Source of the DNA: an uncultured Ignavibacteriales bacterium | GTDB taxonomy: Bacteria > Zixibacteria > MSB-5A5 > GN15 > FEB-12 | Direction: 5' to 3' | DNA: 64,000 nucleotides | Assembly: GCA_964503315.1 (NCBI GenBank) | Contig: CAZCZL010000014.1 | Coordinates: 4,159 to 68,158 of the forward strand | Part shown: positions 30,451 through 39,564 of the stretch, piece by piece | Layout: each line of letters begins with the position of its first letter | Position numbering within the stretch: position 1 is the first letter of the stretch | The notes under the pieces: model-generated | Database searches by the model: none | What the model was told of the DNA's origin: nothing | Seen by the model: only the letters and a program-made list of their open reading frames with translations | Translations under genes and position numbers: made by a program

Positions 30451-30539
30451 TGGCGGAGAGACTGGGATTCGAACCCAGGATAGGGGTGACCTATACACGC
30501 TTTCCAGGCGTGCGCCTTCAACCACTCGGCCATCTCTCC
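30451..30539 (-). tRNA. tRNA-Ser(GGA): tRNA-Ser (anticodon GGA), CCA encoded
   Basis: Reverse complement is GGAGAGATGGCCGAGTGGTTGAAGGCGCACGCCTGGAAAGCGTGTATAGGTCACCCCTATCCTGGGTTCGAATCCCAGTCTCTCCGCCA. It folds with a 7-bp acceptor stem, anticodon stem CACGC/GCGTG, loop CTGGAAA, a long variable arm, T-loop GTTCGAATC, discriminator G and CCA. Confidence 0.95.
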
Positions 30540-30543
30540 GTAG

Positions 30544-30573
30544 CAAAACAAAAAACGAGCGTTCAGAACGCTC
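30544..30573 (-). terminator. Terminator-like hairpin downstream of the yhaM-like gene, just upstream of tRNA-Ser
   Basis: On the minus strand: gagcgt-tctga-acgctc followed by gttttttgttttg. Confidence 0.5.
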
Positions 30574-30678
30574 CAATTTACACGCCAATTCCAAAAAGGC
30601 AACACGAATCCCGCCCCCACCAAAACTAATTAACCGCTTGTCGGACTTATTATTCCCCCGCTTCTCCCGACCTTTGCC

Positions 30679-31644
30679 CTATTCGTGATCTTCCCCCGCT
30701 GTCTCAAAATAGAGGAACCGGTCGAGCATCTTAACAAACTCCGACCACCCCGCCTCTTTCTGCTTCCGCCGGATCCGGTCCATCGCCCCCATCTTGCTGT
30801 CAATCTCATCACAATAGTAGAGCACCAGCGACTCCGGCATCATCGGAACCACCGGCGACCCGTAATCCCTCTCTCCTTGGTGTGACAGTATCATATGCCG
30901 AAGCTTTATCAGAAGTTTCTCTGGAAAACCCTCTATCTGCGCCGCCCGCTGCGCGACCCAGGCATCGCAAATGCAAATGTGGTCGATCAGGCGGCCTTCA
31001 TCGGTGAAATCGATCTTCATGTCCGCCGAATATGACCGGATCTTGCCGGCATCGTGAAATATCCCACCGAAAATGAGATAGTCCTTGTTGAGAAAGTCAT
31101 ACCCCGCCGCGACCCGTAGTGCCAACTCGCCGACATTGGCCGAATGCTCGGATAACCCGCCGACATACGCATGGTGCCAGAGCTTGCCGGCCGCGGCTTT
31201 CAGATAGTCATCGAGGAACTGCTTGTCATTGAGGAACAGATCAACCAACTGACGCACATACGTATTCTGTATCTTGTCCGCGAGTGCCATGATCCGCGCG
31301 AGTCGTTGCTCGTTGCTCTGGCTCGAGTGCGGGAGGATATCCTCCAGCTGGTATTCGTCATCCTTGGCCAGACGGATACGATTGACCTGAAGTTGTAGCT
31401 TGTTATTGTACTCCCCGACCAATCCCCCGACCTTGACCACCATCCCTTCGGTCAGATCGGTCTGGCTGAAATAGTCCGGCTCCCAGATAACCCCCATTAT
31501 CCGCCCGGTATTGTCCCCCAGCTCAAGTTGAACATAGACCCCTTTGCGGTACTCTTTGACATCCTTTTTCCGGACGACGAAATAGCCGATGATCTGGTCT
31601 TTGACGACGTAGTCGCGAATTTTCTTTGTATCCATCTGGCTCAC
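30679..31644 (-). CDS. 3'-5' exoribonuclease YhaM-like (OB-fold + HD domain)
   Basis: 321 aa. N-terminal OB-fold segment 'GYFVVRKKDVKEYRKGVYVQLELGDNTGRIMGVIW'. HD domain 'LSEHSANVGELAL...IFGGIFHDAGKI'. Confidence 0.75.
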   Translation of the reverse strand: MSQMDTKKIRDYVVKDQIIGYFVVRKKDVKEYRKGVYVQLELGDNTGRIMGVIWEPDYFSQTDLTEGMVVKVGGLVGEYNNKLQLQVNRIRLAKDDEYQLEDILPHSSQSNEQRLARIMALADKIQNTYVRQLVDLFLNDKQFLDDYLKAAAGKLWHHAYVGGLSEHSANVGELALRVAAGYDFLNKDYLIFGGIFHDAGKIRSYSADMKIDFTDEGRLIDHICICDAWVAQRAAQIEGFPEKLLIKLRHMILSHQGERDYGSPVVPMMPESLVLYYCDEIDSKMGAMDRIRRKQKEAGWSEFVKMLDRFLYFETAGEDHE

Positions 31645-31773
31645 CCCTGTAGGCTGGACATTTGCCGGTCAACCGCTAACATACAGTCGCCCGAACCGGT
31701 TGCCAACAACTTCGAACGGCCGGGAATATAAAAGTTGTCAGCCGGGTATAACTGGTATATTTTCCAGAGCCTT

Positions 31774-33105
31774 ATGAAGATCCTCCAGCGCTACATACTG
31801 AAAGAGCACATCGCGCCCTTTTTTTTCGCGCTCTTCATTATCACCTTCCTGCTGATCATCGAGTATGTCCCCAAAATAGTCGACCAGGTGATTGACAAGG
31901 ATCTCTCCATCTGGGTGGTGCTCGAACTCATTGGCCTTAATCTCGCCTGGATGTTGGCGCTTTCTGTTCCGATGTCTGTGCTTGTAGCGACTCTCATGGC
32001 CTTCGGACGCCTCACCGCGGACTTCGAGGTCACCGCTATCAAATCTTCCGGCATCAACCTCCTGCAACTCCTGATACCGTTATTGATCGCCGCGTCTATT
32101 CTGACCGGCGTGATGATCTGGTTCAATGACGCCGTCCTGCCCGATCTCAACAAACGCGCTCGTATGCTCTGGGGGGATATCTCCGCCATGCGACCAACCC
32201 TGGTCTTCCGTTCCGGCGTATTTGTGACCGAGATCCCCGGCTATCTGGTCCAGCTTGATCATATCGACCACGCGACCTCGCGCGTCGAAGGGGTCCGCAT
32301 CACCGAGACCAAGAATCCGACCAAACCGCGGCTGATCATCGCTGAGTACGGATATCTCAAGTCGATGGACAACGGCAAGAACCTCCAATTCACGCTCTAT
32401 AATGGTGAACTCCATTCCATGGATCTGGAGAATCCGGCCAACTATCGCAAAGTCGATTTCGAGAATCAGGTGATCAATATCGGCGGCACCGGCTCGGAGC
32501 TGGTCCGCACGGAGTCTGAATACCGCACCGACCGCGAGATGCCTATTGACACCATGAAACAGCAGGTCATCACCAACCTCAAACAGATGGAGCCGCTGCG
32601 CGCCAGTTCATATAACAGCCTGAAAGAGAAATTTACGTTCCTCTTCTCCGACACGTTCGCCCCTCCCTCGAAAGCGCTGATGACCGACTCCACCGCCCGC
32701 ACCTCTCTGCAATCTGACATTCTCGTCCTGGTAAAATCACTCGAGCGAAATATTCAGCAACTGGAAAGCCGCCAGAAGGCGGTCGCCAAGTTCCAGATAG
32801 AGATATATAAGAAATATTCCATCCCCTCCGCATCGCTCGCGTTTGTGCTGATCGGGGCACCCTTAGCGATCATGGCGCGTAAAGGTGGGATGGGAATTGC
32901 CATCTCTATATCGATCCTGCTCTTTATTATCTACTGGGCATTCCTGATCGGCGGCGAGGATCTGGCCGACCGCGGCATTCTCTCCCCCTTTATCGCCATG
33001 TGGGGGGCGAATATCCAGCTCGGCACCATTGGTATCTATCTCATCTACATCGTCGTGACTGAAAAGCCGGTCTTCGGTTTCTTCCGGCAGGTGCATCGCG
33101 GATGA
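31774..33105 (+). CDS. lptF: LptF/LptG-family LPS export permease
   Basis: Start at ATG 31774 (MKILQRYILKEHIAPFFFALFIITFLLII), a typical YjgP/YjgQ N-terminus. Three TM helices, a periplasmic beta-jellyroll region, then three TM helices. Confidence 0.8.
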   Translation: MKILQRYILKEHIAPFFFALFIITFLLIIEYVPKIVDQVIDKDLSIWVVLELIGLNLAWMLALSVPMSVLVATLMAFGRLTADFEVTAIKSSGINLLQLLIPLLIAASILTGVMIWFNDAVLPDLNKRARMLWGDISAMRPTLVFRSGVFVTEIPGYLVQLDHIDHATSRVEGVRITETKNPTKPRLIIAEYGYLKSMDNGKNLQFTLYNGELHSMDLENPANYRKVDFENQVINIGGTGSELVRTESEYRTDREMPIDTMKQQVITNLKQMEPLRASSYNSLKEKFTFLFSDTFAPPSKALMTDSTARTSLQSDILVLVKSLERNIQQLESRQKAVAKFQIEIYKKYSIPSASLAFVLIGAPLAIMARKGGMGIAISISILLFIIYWAFLIGGEDLADRGILSPFIAMWGANIQLGTIGIYLIYIVVTEKPVFGFFRQVHRG

Positions 33106-34184
33106 TCAAGAAACTCGACCTCTACTTGTTGCGTCACTATCTGTTGGCGCTGCTGGTTGTCACCGTAGCGATCGGCCTAACGATCATAGTGGTCAACATG
33201 GTTGAGCAGTTGCGCGACTTTGTCGACCACCAGATACCGCTGCTGACCATTCTTCAATACTATCTCTTCTTTGGCGGGTGGGTCCTCAAGTCGTTTCTCC
33301 CGATGTTTGTCCTGCTCGCCGCGCTCTTCTCCGTCTCCATTCTCGCGAGACGTCGCGAGATCCTCGCTATGAAAGCCGCCGGTATCTCTCTCTACCGCGT
33401 TATCGCGCCTTATCTGGTCGCGACCGCCATCCTCGCCGCGGCTCACTTCTATTACAGCGAGTACCTCTTCCCACCGCTCAACCAACGTCGCGTGGAGATG
33501 AAAGAGTTCACCATAGAGTCCCGCTCCAAAGCGGCGCTCGCCAAAGTGCGGAATGTTTACCGCCAGATCAGCCCCGGCAAGTTCTACACTATTACGTCAT
33601 TTGACACCGACCGTGGCGATGGCCGCGATTTCAAGTTCTACTCAACCCAGAACCACCGGCTGGTGCAGATCGTCACCGCCGAAAAAGTCCGCTTCGAGGA
33701 CCATCGATGGCTCCTTACTTCCGGGCAGGTGCGCGATTTCGATTCCACCGCCAAAGAGACTTTCTCCGAGTTCGATACCCTGACCTTTACCCTCATCAAG
33801 GATAAACCCGGCGATTTCCAGAGCAGACTCGTCAAGCCCGAGGATATGGGACTTGACGAATTGAAAGATTACATCGAACTGCAGAAACGGACCGGCGGAC
33901 CATATCTCAGAGAATCGATCGACCTTCAGATCAAGTATGCGTTCCCGCTCACCTCGGTTATCATCATCCTGATCTGCGTTCCGTTCGCGGCCAATCCGCA
34001 ACGGTCCGGCATAGCGGTCTCGTTCTCTGTCGGTGCGGGGATATCTCTGCTCTATTTTGTACTCTTCAAGATCCTGCAGTCCGCGGGCTACAACGAAAAG
34101 GTTCCCGAACTCGTGGCGGTCTGGGGAATCAATGCGGTCTTTCTTCTCATTGGACTGATCGTTTTGATCGGAGCGCGCAAGTAA
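33102..34184 (+). CDS. lptG: LptF/LptG-family LPS export permease
   Basis: 360 aa. 'MIKKLDLYLLRHYLLALLVVTVAIGLTIIVVNMVEQLRDF'. ATGA overlap with the preceding gene. Confidence 0.8.
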   Translation: MIKKLDLYLLRHYLLALLVVTVAIGLTIIVVNMVEQLRDFVDHQIPLLTILQYYLFFGGWVLKSFLPMFVLLAALFSVSILARRREILAMKAAGISLYRVIAPYLVATAILAAAHFYYSEYLFPPLNQRRVEMKEFTIESRSKAALAKVRNVYRQISPGKFYTITSFDTDRGDGRDFKFYSTQNHRLVQIVTAEKVRFEDHRWLLTSGQVRDFDSTAKETFSEFDTLTFTLIKDKPGDFQSRLVKPEDMGLDELKDYIELQKRTGGPYLRESIDLQIKYAFPLTSVIIILICVPFAANPQRSGIAVSFSVGAGISLLYFVLFKILQSAGYNEKVPELVAVWGINAVFLLIGLIVLIGARK

Positions 34185-34963
34185 TGCCGCACGATGGACA
34201 CGAACTGAATCGCCGGATGTGGAACGAACTGGTTGATATCCACGTCGCCCATCCATCCTATCGCGTGAAGGAGTTCCTCGATGGCGGTTCCACACTCAAA
34301 CAACTAGAGCAGCGCGAACTTGGCGATGTCTCCGACAGAACTCTTCTCCACCTGATGTGCCAGTTCGGCCTTGATACGCTTTCGTGGGCACGTAAAGGAG
34401 CTATCGTCACCGGTGTCGACATTGCCGACCAGTCAATTCTCCGCGCCAACGAACTGAAACATAAGGCGGGACTTGATCCCGCGCGATTCATTCGAGCCGA
34501 TATTCTGGAATTACCGACGAAGTTGACTGAGCAGTTTGATATCGTCTATCAATCCTATGGCACACTCTGTTGGCTGGGGGATATATCACAATGGGCGAAA
34601 GTTGTAGCACATTTTCTGAAGCCGGGCGGGCAGTTTCTCCTCATCGACGACCACCCCGCGTCGCTCGGCATGTATGAAACCTCCCTCCATTACTTTTCAA
34701 CTGAGTCTGAGACACTCGCGGACCTCCCCGATTACGCCGACCGCGCCTACCGGCGACAGAATCCAAGCACCGAATGGCAGCACACGCTGGCTGAGGTCAT
34801 CAATTCACTCATAGCCGCGGGGCTCAACATCACCAAGCTCGGGGAATACGATTACTCCTACTACCAGGTCACCGAACAGTGGCGCCAGGTCGAGGATCGC
34901 TGGTATCCGCCCGATGGTCCCTACAAATTCCCGATCATGCTGATGGTTCGCGCCACGCGCTGA
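34184..34963 (+). CDS. Class I SAM-dependent methyltransferase
   Basis: 259 aa. 'LLHLMCQFGLDTLSWARKGAIVTGVDI' (motif I region). Start overlaps the lptG stop. Confidence 0.7.
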   Translation: MPHDGHELNRRMWNELVDIHVAHPSYRVKEFLDGGSTLKQLEQRELGDVSDRTLLHLMCQFGLDTLSWARKGAIVTGVDIADQSILRANELKHKAGLDPARFIRADILELPTKLTEQFDIVYQSYGTLCWLGDISQWAKVVAHFLKPGGQFLLIDDHPASLGMYETSLHYFSTESETLADLPDYADRAYRRQNPSTEWQHTLAEVINSLIAAGLNITKLGEYDYSYYQVTEQWRQVEDRWYPPDGPYKFPIMLMVRATR

Positions 34964-34968
34964 TAACA

Positions 34969-35667
34969 CTAGTGCGCGCGAAGCACCGCCATCTTCGCGT
35001 GAAACGCCGACTCGATCAGCGAGACCGCGCTCTCCAGACTCATCAAACCGGTATTGATCACTAGATCGTAATGCATTGGATCATCGATGTCATGGTGATA
35101 CACCGATTTGATGAAGTCGCGGCGCTCCTTGTCGGACTTGTCGATCATCTCCTTCGCGTCGCGCGGCGCTATCTGCTTATAGCGGCAGATATTCTCGATT
35201 CGCGTCGCGTACGGGCAGACCACTCGCACGTGCATCCCTTTGCGCGGCCCGAGGATGAAATTCCCGCCCCGCCCCATCAGGATCACTCCGCCCAATTCGG
35301 CCAGTGACATCACGACCTTATGGAGATACTCATTGTAGTCTGACCGATCGACCAATTGACCGGTCATGGCTGCTTCGAACGCGCTGTGCAGATGTCCACG
35401 TGTCCGTTCATCGAGCGCCTCAAGCAAGCGCTTGTAGTACCCCGACTCTTTAGCGATCGCATCGATCACCTCCCGATGTAATCGCTGGAAGCCTAGTCGT
35501 TCCGCTAACTCTGTGGCGAGATACGAGCCGCGTGAGCCGGTTTGACGGCTGATCGTGATAATGCGGTACGGTTCCGCGTGCGGCGGATGAGTCTCCTCAG
35601 ATGTCCGCCGACGCTCCAACTCCCACTTGAGGAGTTGTCGATTGATAATGGCATCAATCGAGGTCAT
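34969..35667 (-). CDS. Cytidylate kinase-like family protein
   Basis: Start at ATG 35667, preceded by GGAGGTGAT. 'IITISRQTGSRGSYLATELAERLGF' is a P-loop variant typical of this family. Confidence 0.7.
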   Translation of the reverse strand: MTSIDAIINRQLLKWELERRRTSEETHPPHAEPYRIITISRQTGSRGSYLATELAERLGFQRLHREVIDAIAKESGYYKRLLEALDERTRGHLHSAFEAAMTGQLVDRSDYNEYLHKVVMSLAELGGVILMGRGGNFILGPRKGMHVRVVCPYATRIENICRYKQIAPRDAKEMIDKSDKERRDFIKSVYHHDIDDPMHYDLVINTGLMSLESAVSLIESAFHAKMAVLRAH

Positions 35668-35749
35668 ACGAATCACCTCCACCACAATATACGGACAAAT
35701 CGTGGAGTTGCTACTATATTTTTTGTCTGATGGAGAGTGTCAGGAGGTT

Positions 35750-35807
35750 CTTCCCCGCTCCCCCTGGGAGAGGGTGCCCCCGTGCAGGCGGGGACGGGTG
35801 AGGGAGT
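35750..35807. repeat. GC-rich imperfect palindromic element immediately after the csaA-like stop
   Basis: ccccgc...ccct-gggag-aggg...ccccg-tgcagg-cgggg. It resembles a class of GC-rich intergenic hairpin repeats that I know only by pattern. Confidence 0.3.
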
Positions 35808-36161
35808 CTAATACAGCCGTCCGCCCAACTCCGCTTCCTCCACCGGGCTGACCAGCACCAAGCCTCCTCCCGGACGCGGCACCCCCAGCATCAGAACCTC
35901 GGAGAGGAACCCGCCGATATTCTTCGGCGGAAAATTCACTACCGCCAGGCATTGTCGATTGAGCAGCTGCTCGGGCGTATAATCGGTCTTGAATCGCGCC
36001 GAGGTCTGTTTGATCCCTATCTCCGCCCCAAAATCGATCTTCAGCTTGTACGCCGGTATCTTCGCCCGCTCAAAGTCGACAACCTCGATTATCCGCCCCA
36101 CCCGGATATCAACCTTAACAAAATCATCATACGTCAATGGTTCGCTCATGGAGGTAATCAA
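35808..36161 (-). CDS. csaA: tRNA-binding domain protein (CsaA/EMAP-like)
   Basis: 'FVKVDIRVGRIIEVVDFERAKIPAYKLKIDFG...IGIKQTSA' matches the tRNA_bind OB-fold family. Start is either TTG 36161 or ATG 36149. Confidence 0.75.
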   Translation of the reverse strand: MITSMSEPLTYDDFVKVDIRVGRIIEVVDFERAKIPAYKLKIDFGAEIGIKQTSARFKTDYTPEQLLNRQCLAVVNFPPKNIGGFLSEVLMLGVPRPGGGLVLVSPVEEAELGGRLY

Positions 36162-36214
36162 TCGAAAACCAAAGCCCCCGGCAAGTGAGAACCGGGGGTC
36201 CGGTTGTTGCTGAT

Positions 36215-37648
36215 TTAGCTATGCCACATCTTCATATGGTCGGCATGCGTATGCAGATATCCTCCCGCCTGCATATTTTTGTCGTAGAAATCGAGATCCA
36301 GATGGTGCGCCTGCAGGAAAGTCAGCGTGTAGACCGATGGCACCGTCCCGGGGAACCGCCCAAACGTGTCGTAGATATACTGTGCCTGCAACGCCACACA
36401 CTCTTTGAACTGCTCGTTCATCTGCGCCGCCGCGCCGCGCACTTTGGCGGTCTCTTTCCATGGACCCGGTGTTTCCGGATTGAACGGTCCGCCCGGACCA
36501 TACTTCCGCTGCACCAGCGCGTCCACCGCCGCCCGCATATGCGGATAGTGCGGCGGACAGTATGCCTCAAAAACCCCTTCTCGACCGGTGAAATTCGGCA
36601 CCGGCCATTTCGGATTGGTGTCGAAGCGGAACCCGAGTCCCGGAACCGCGGGATTCCCCGACGCCCCCAACAGCGAGAACGGATCGATGCCGTCAAACAT
36701 CCATCCGCCCAACCCGAGCGCCTGAAGCATCAGCATCCCGGCATAACAGGAGGTCGACAACTCCGCGCAGACTTCAGTCAGCAGGAATTGCTCCATAAAC
36801 GATACCGGATAGGCCGCTTTCGGGTCGATCAAGTCGGAGAACTTCTCGATTCCGGGTATCGGGCGTCCATTGATATCATCCATAAGGCATTTGCCGTTCT
36901 GCGCGAGATACGCGATCCCCGCCAGATAGTGTTGGGCGACATCCGCCACCGGGATGATCAGGGTGCTCCCCGGAACATTCACACACCAGGTATTGTGCGG
37001 CTCAAGGTACGGCTCTTCCGCCGGAAGATTCAGTCGCTTGTCATCAAGCTTCCTGATGCGGGCTTTGTGCGCCGAAAGCCATCCCTCCAGATCATGTTCG
37101 CCGTTCTCATTCATCTTAAGCAGCGACCCGGAGTCACGCGTCGGCAGAAAGTATGTGCCGTTGTCATCGGTAAAGAAAATCTCGGTCGTGTGGAATCCGG
37201 CCGATGACGGAAACGTCCTCCCGCCCGCCGCGTTGGCGTAATTCGACAATTTCGGCGCGTACCGACTGGCGCGATAATGCATGTAATGCCAGCCGTTGTT
37301 GCCGGTCGCGGCGGCGAGCACCAGCATCTGCTCGAGGTCAGAGAGCGGCATCGGCGCATGTTTTGATTTGTACGCCAGCACGCCATCGGGGATCTCATCC
37401 CCCATCGCGAACCGTCGGGCGCGACGTCCCAGCAATGCTTCGATCAATGGGAAATTGACCGCCTGCTCCAATCCTTTGGGGAGTGACGGCACTCTGTCGA
37501 GAAGTACTTTGCCGCGTTCGGTCGTTTGCGCGGCGAGATTTGAGAAGCCGAGTCCTGAAAGAGCGGCGCCGGCGCCGATAGCGAGGTGTCCGAGCATGCG
37601 ACGGCGGGTAACGGGCATCCATCCGGTGGTGTGGCCATTGTCAGACAT
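36215..37648 (-). CDS. Tat-signal protein with nitroreductase-like signatures, function unknown
   Basis: Start at ATG 37648, preceded by AGGAGG. Twin-arginine signal 'TRRRMLGHLAIGAGAALSG'. 'LLGRRARRFAMGDEIP...LEQMLVLAAATG' and 'AGMLMLQALGLGGWMFDG' recall nitroreductase-fold motifs. 477 aa. Confidence 0.6.
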   Translation of the reverse strand: MSDNGHTTGWMPVTRRRMLGHLAIGAGAALSGLGFSNLAAQTTERGKVLLDRVPSLPKGLEQAVNFPLIEALLGRRARRFAMGDEIPDGVLAYKSKHAPMPLSDLEQMLVLAAATGNNGWHYMHYRASRYAPKLSNYANAAGGRTFPSSAGFHTTEIFFTDDNGTYFLPTRDSGSLLKMNENGEHDLEGWLSAHKARIRKLDDKRLNLPAEEPYLEPHNTWCVNVPGSTLIIPVADVAQHYLAGIAYLAQNGKCLMDDINGRPIPGIEKFSDLIDPKAAYPVSFMEQFLLTEVCAELSTSCYAGMLMLQALGLGGWMFDGIDPFSLLGASGNPAVPGLGFRFDTNPKWPVPNFTGREGVFEAYCPPHYPHMRAAVDALVQRKYGPGGPFNPETPGPWKETAKVRGAAAQMNEQFKECVALQAQYIYDTFGRFPGTVPSVYTLTFLQAHHLDLDFYDKNMQAGGYLHTHADHMKMWHS

Positions 37649-37794
37649 ACGATCCTCCTTCGTGTCTGTTGAGGTGAAGATGAAATGGAGGTTCAGAGAC
37701 CTTCCCGCCCGGACAGCGGAATGATACAATAATGGACCAGATTGGTCAATGAGGAAATCAAGCGCAATAGTTCCCCTACAGCAAACAGGTTAAT

Positions 37795-39495
37795 TTAAAA
37801 CAGATAGTGCTGTAACCCGATTGAGACTCTATAGCTCCAGTCGGATTCGACCGTATCAGAACCGCCGCCACTGTAATCATAGCGGCTGTTCCGTAGGGAC
37901 AGATCGAGCATCAGTGTTGTAGGCACACTGATGCGATAATCAAGACTCGAAGAGATACCAAGAAAACGACGCGACTCACTTCTGCTCTGATTTGCTGCTA
38001 CCAGCTCGCCCAGATCATAGTCCAGATACTGATCGACCCAACTCCAGACTAGCGATGTGTAGGACCAATTGCCTCCCACCGATAGGCTGGTGCGTGAGTC
38101 CACAAGCCACTCCAAACTGATATTGCCTTCAAGCATGTAGTTGTCGGTGTATTCAAGATCGGTAGCGGAAACTAGAGAGACCCAAGCACTTCCATTGAGC
38201 GCGGCCGTCTGAAGAGAGGCTGGTCGCAATGGAGTTTCCTCGCGCAAATAGTACCTTCCAGTGCCCCAGGCGCTGAAATGCCAGTGGGCACCCAATGGTC
38301 GAGAATGATCAGCTCTCATAAAGAGATACGATTGCTCTTCAGAAGATACAGGATGAAAGAAGTTGTAATAGGAATCACTAAGAAGGGAGACTGTGTCAAC
38401 CGCACCAATTGAGTTCAAAAACTCGTTCGTGACAATCTGATACATGCTCCCGCTCAGTCCGGACTGGCTCGACTGTCGGCTGTAATAGAAACCAATACCT
38501 CCAGTCACCTTACTGCCAAAGACCCTTTTGTTTCTTGGGTAGTAATCCCACACATCTTGGATGACATAGCACTGTCGTATATTCGATAAACTAATCAGAC
38601 CTTCCGATTGTAGGTAGGACGTGATTTCTTCCAGAGCTTCTATCCGCCTTAATCGGTCGTCTACCATATGTCGCCTGCGCAGGTCGTATATCATAGCGGC
38701 CAGGAACGTCATTTGGTCATATGAAGGTTGGTCGTCAAGGAGGCCATGCTTGTCGAGTACTTCGACAAGTAATAATGCGGTCGCCGCATATTCACCGACT
38801 TCGGTACGACCCCAGCCTGCCGCCAGCTCACCTGAAAAACGATACTGCTTGGAATCCCCGACATTCTCCGCTCGGTTTTCCTCGGATTGCTTCTGAATAA
38901 CGCTGTCATCAATATCGTGAAAGACCCAATCAGTAGACTCAGCCTGAATGTCCTTGAAAGTTGACTGGTAAATGACCTGAGTTGCTATCCCCGCACACAG
39001 GAAGATGTCCCTGAACAGGTACTCCCCACCATCGGCCTGAATTACTCCTCGCAGTTGGTAAGAGCCAAAGTCGCTAAGACGAGTCATTCTTCCGGTGCTC
39101 GATTCATTAGAGTAGCTGGAATACATGGATTCATTCCGGTCATTCTTGTCTCGCGTCCAGACCGGCTCAAATCGAATCAGAGCATTGAGGAAACGCGGGG
39201 TTGTTTTGTAGGTGTATCGGATTGATGATCCTGCGTCCAGTCGAAGCTGATCGCGTGAGCCGTCCGCGCTCAAGTTACTGAATCCCATAGTTGACGAACT
39301 CGAGTGCCTGTTATCCCCAGATGTACCGTTGGCTCCAAAGCTCCCATCCACCCGCCACTCCAGATCGGTAAACTTCTCCGGTATATAACTATCCACCCGA
39401 AACGGCTTCGTCTCCTGTGCGGCGCAGATTGATGTGAACAGAAAAAGACATGACGCCGCGAATGCGGCACTGGACGCGAGTTGTCGAACTGACAT
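37795..39495 (-). CDS. Outer-membrane beta-barrel protein, unknown function
   Basis: 566 aa. Signal peptide 'AAFAASCLFLFTSICAAQE'. Alternating Tyr/Ser/Gly-rich strands. C-terminal 'SIGLQHYLF' ends in the terminal aromatic residue typical of OMPs. Visibly lower GC than its neighbours. Confidence 0.7.
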   Translation of the reverse strand: MSVRQLASSAAFAASCLFLFTSICAAQETKPFRVDSYIPEKFTDLEWRVDGSFGANGTSGDNRHSSSSTMGFSNLSADGSRDQLRLDAGSSIRYTYKTTPRFLNALIRFEPVWTRDKNDRNESMYSSYSNESSTGRMTRLSDFGSYQLRGVIQADGGEYLFRDIFLCAGIATQVIYQSTFKDIQAESTDWVFHDIDDSVIQKQSEENRAENVGDSKQYRFSGELAAGWGRTEVGEYAATALLLVEVLDKHGLLDDQPSYDQMTFLAAMIYDLRRRHMVDDRLRRIEALEEITSYLQSEGLISLSNIRQCYVIQDVWDYYPRNKRVFGSKVTGGIGFYYSRQSSQSGLSGSMYQIVTNEFLNSIGAVDTVSLLSDSYYNFFHPVSSEEQSYLFMRADHSRPLGAHWHFSAWGTGRYYLREETPLRPASLQTAALNGSAWVSLVSATDLEYTDNYMLEGNISLEWLVDSRTSLSVGGNWSYTSLVWSWVDQYLDYDLGELVAANQSRSESRRFLGISSSLDYRISVPTTLMLDLSLRNSRYDYSGGGSDTVESDWSYRVSIGLQHYLF

Positions 39496-39564
39496 GAATA
39501 ACTCCCCGTTATATGGTCTCCCCGAAATAAGCCGAAAACTCCCCGGAAGTCAAGCGTAGACTGT

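Noticed and set aside
27710-30539. Genomic island integrated at tRNA-Ser
   Set aside because: There is no integrase or recombinase. I noticed no second copy of the tRNA 3' end and no obvious compositional break. I kept it only as a low-interest note.
36185-37207. 340-aa plus-strand ORF, and similar long antisense ORFs at 3756-4523, 11561-12232, 21878-22567, 33642-34295, 42365-43012, 47333-48139, 52571-53398, 53580-54185, 54336-55175, 55535-56287, 58917-59645 and 61069-61770
   Set aside because: Each lies entirely inside, and antisense to or out of frame with, a gene that has clear family motifs. Their translations are Arg/Pro/Gly-rich and low in complexity, as expected for shadow ORFs in GC-rich coding DNA.
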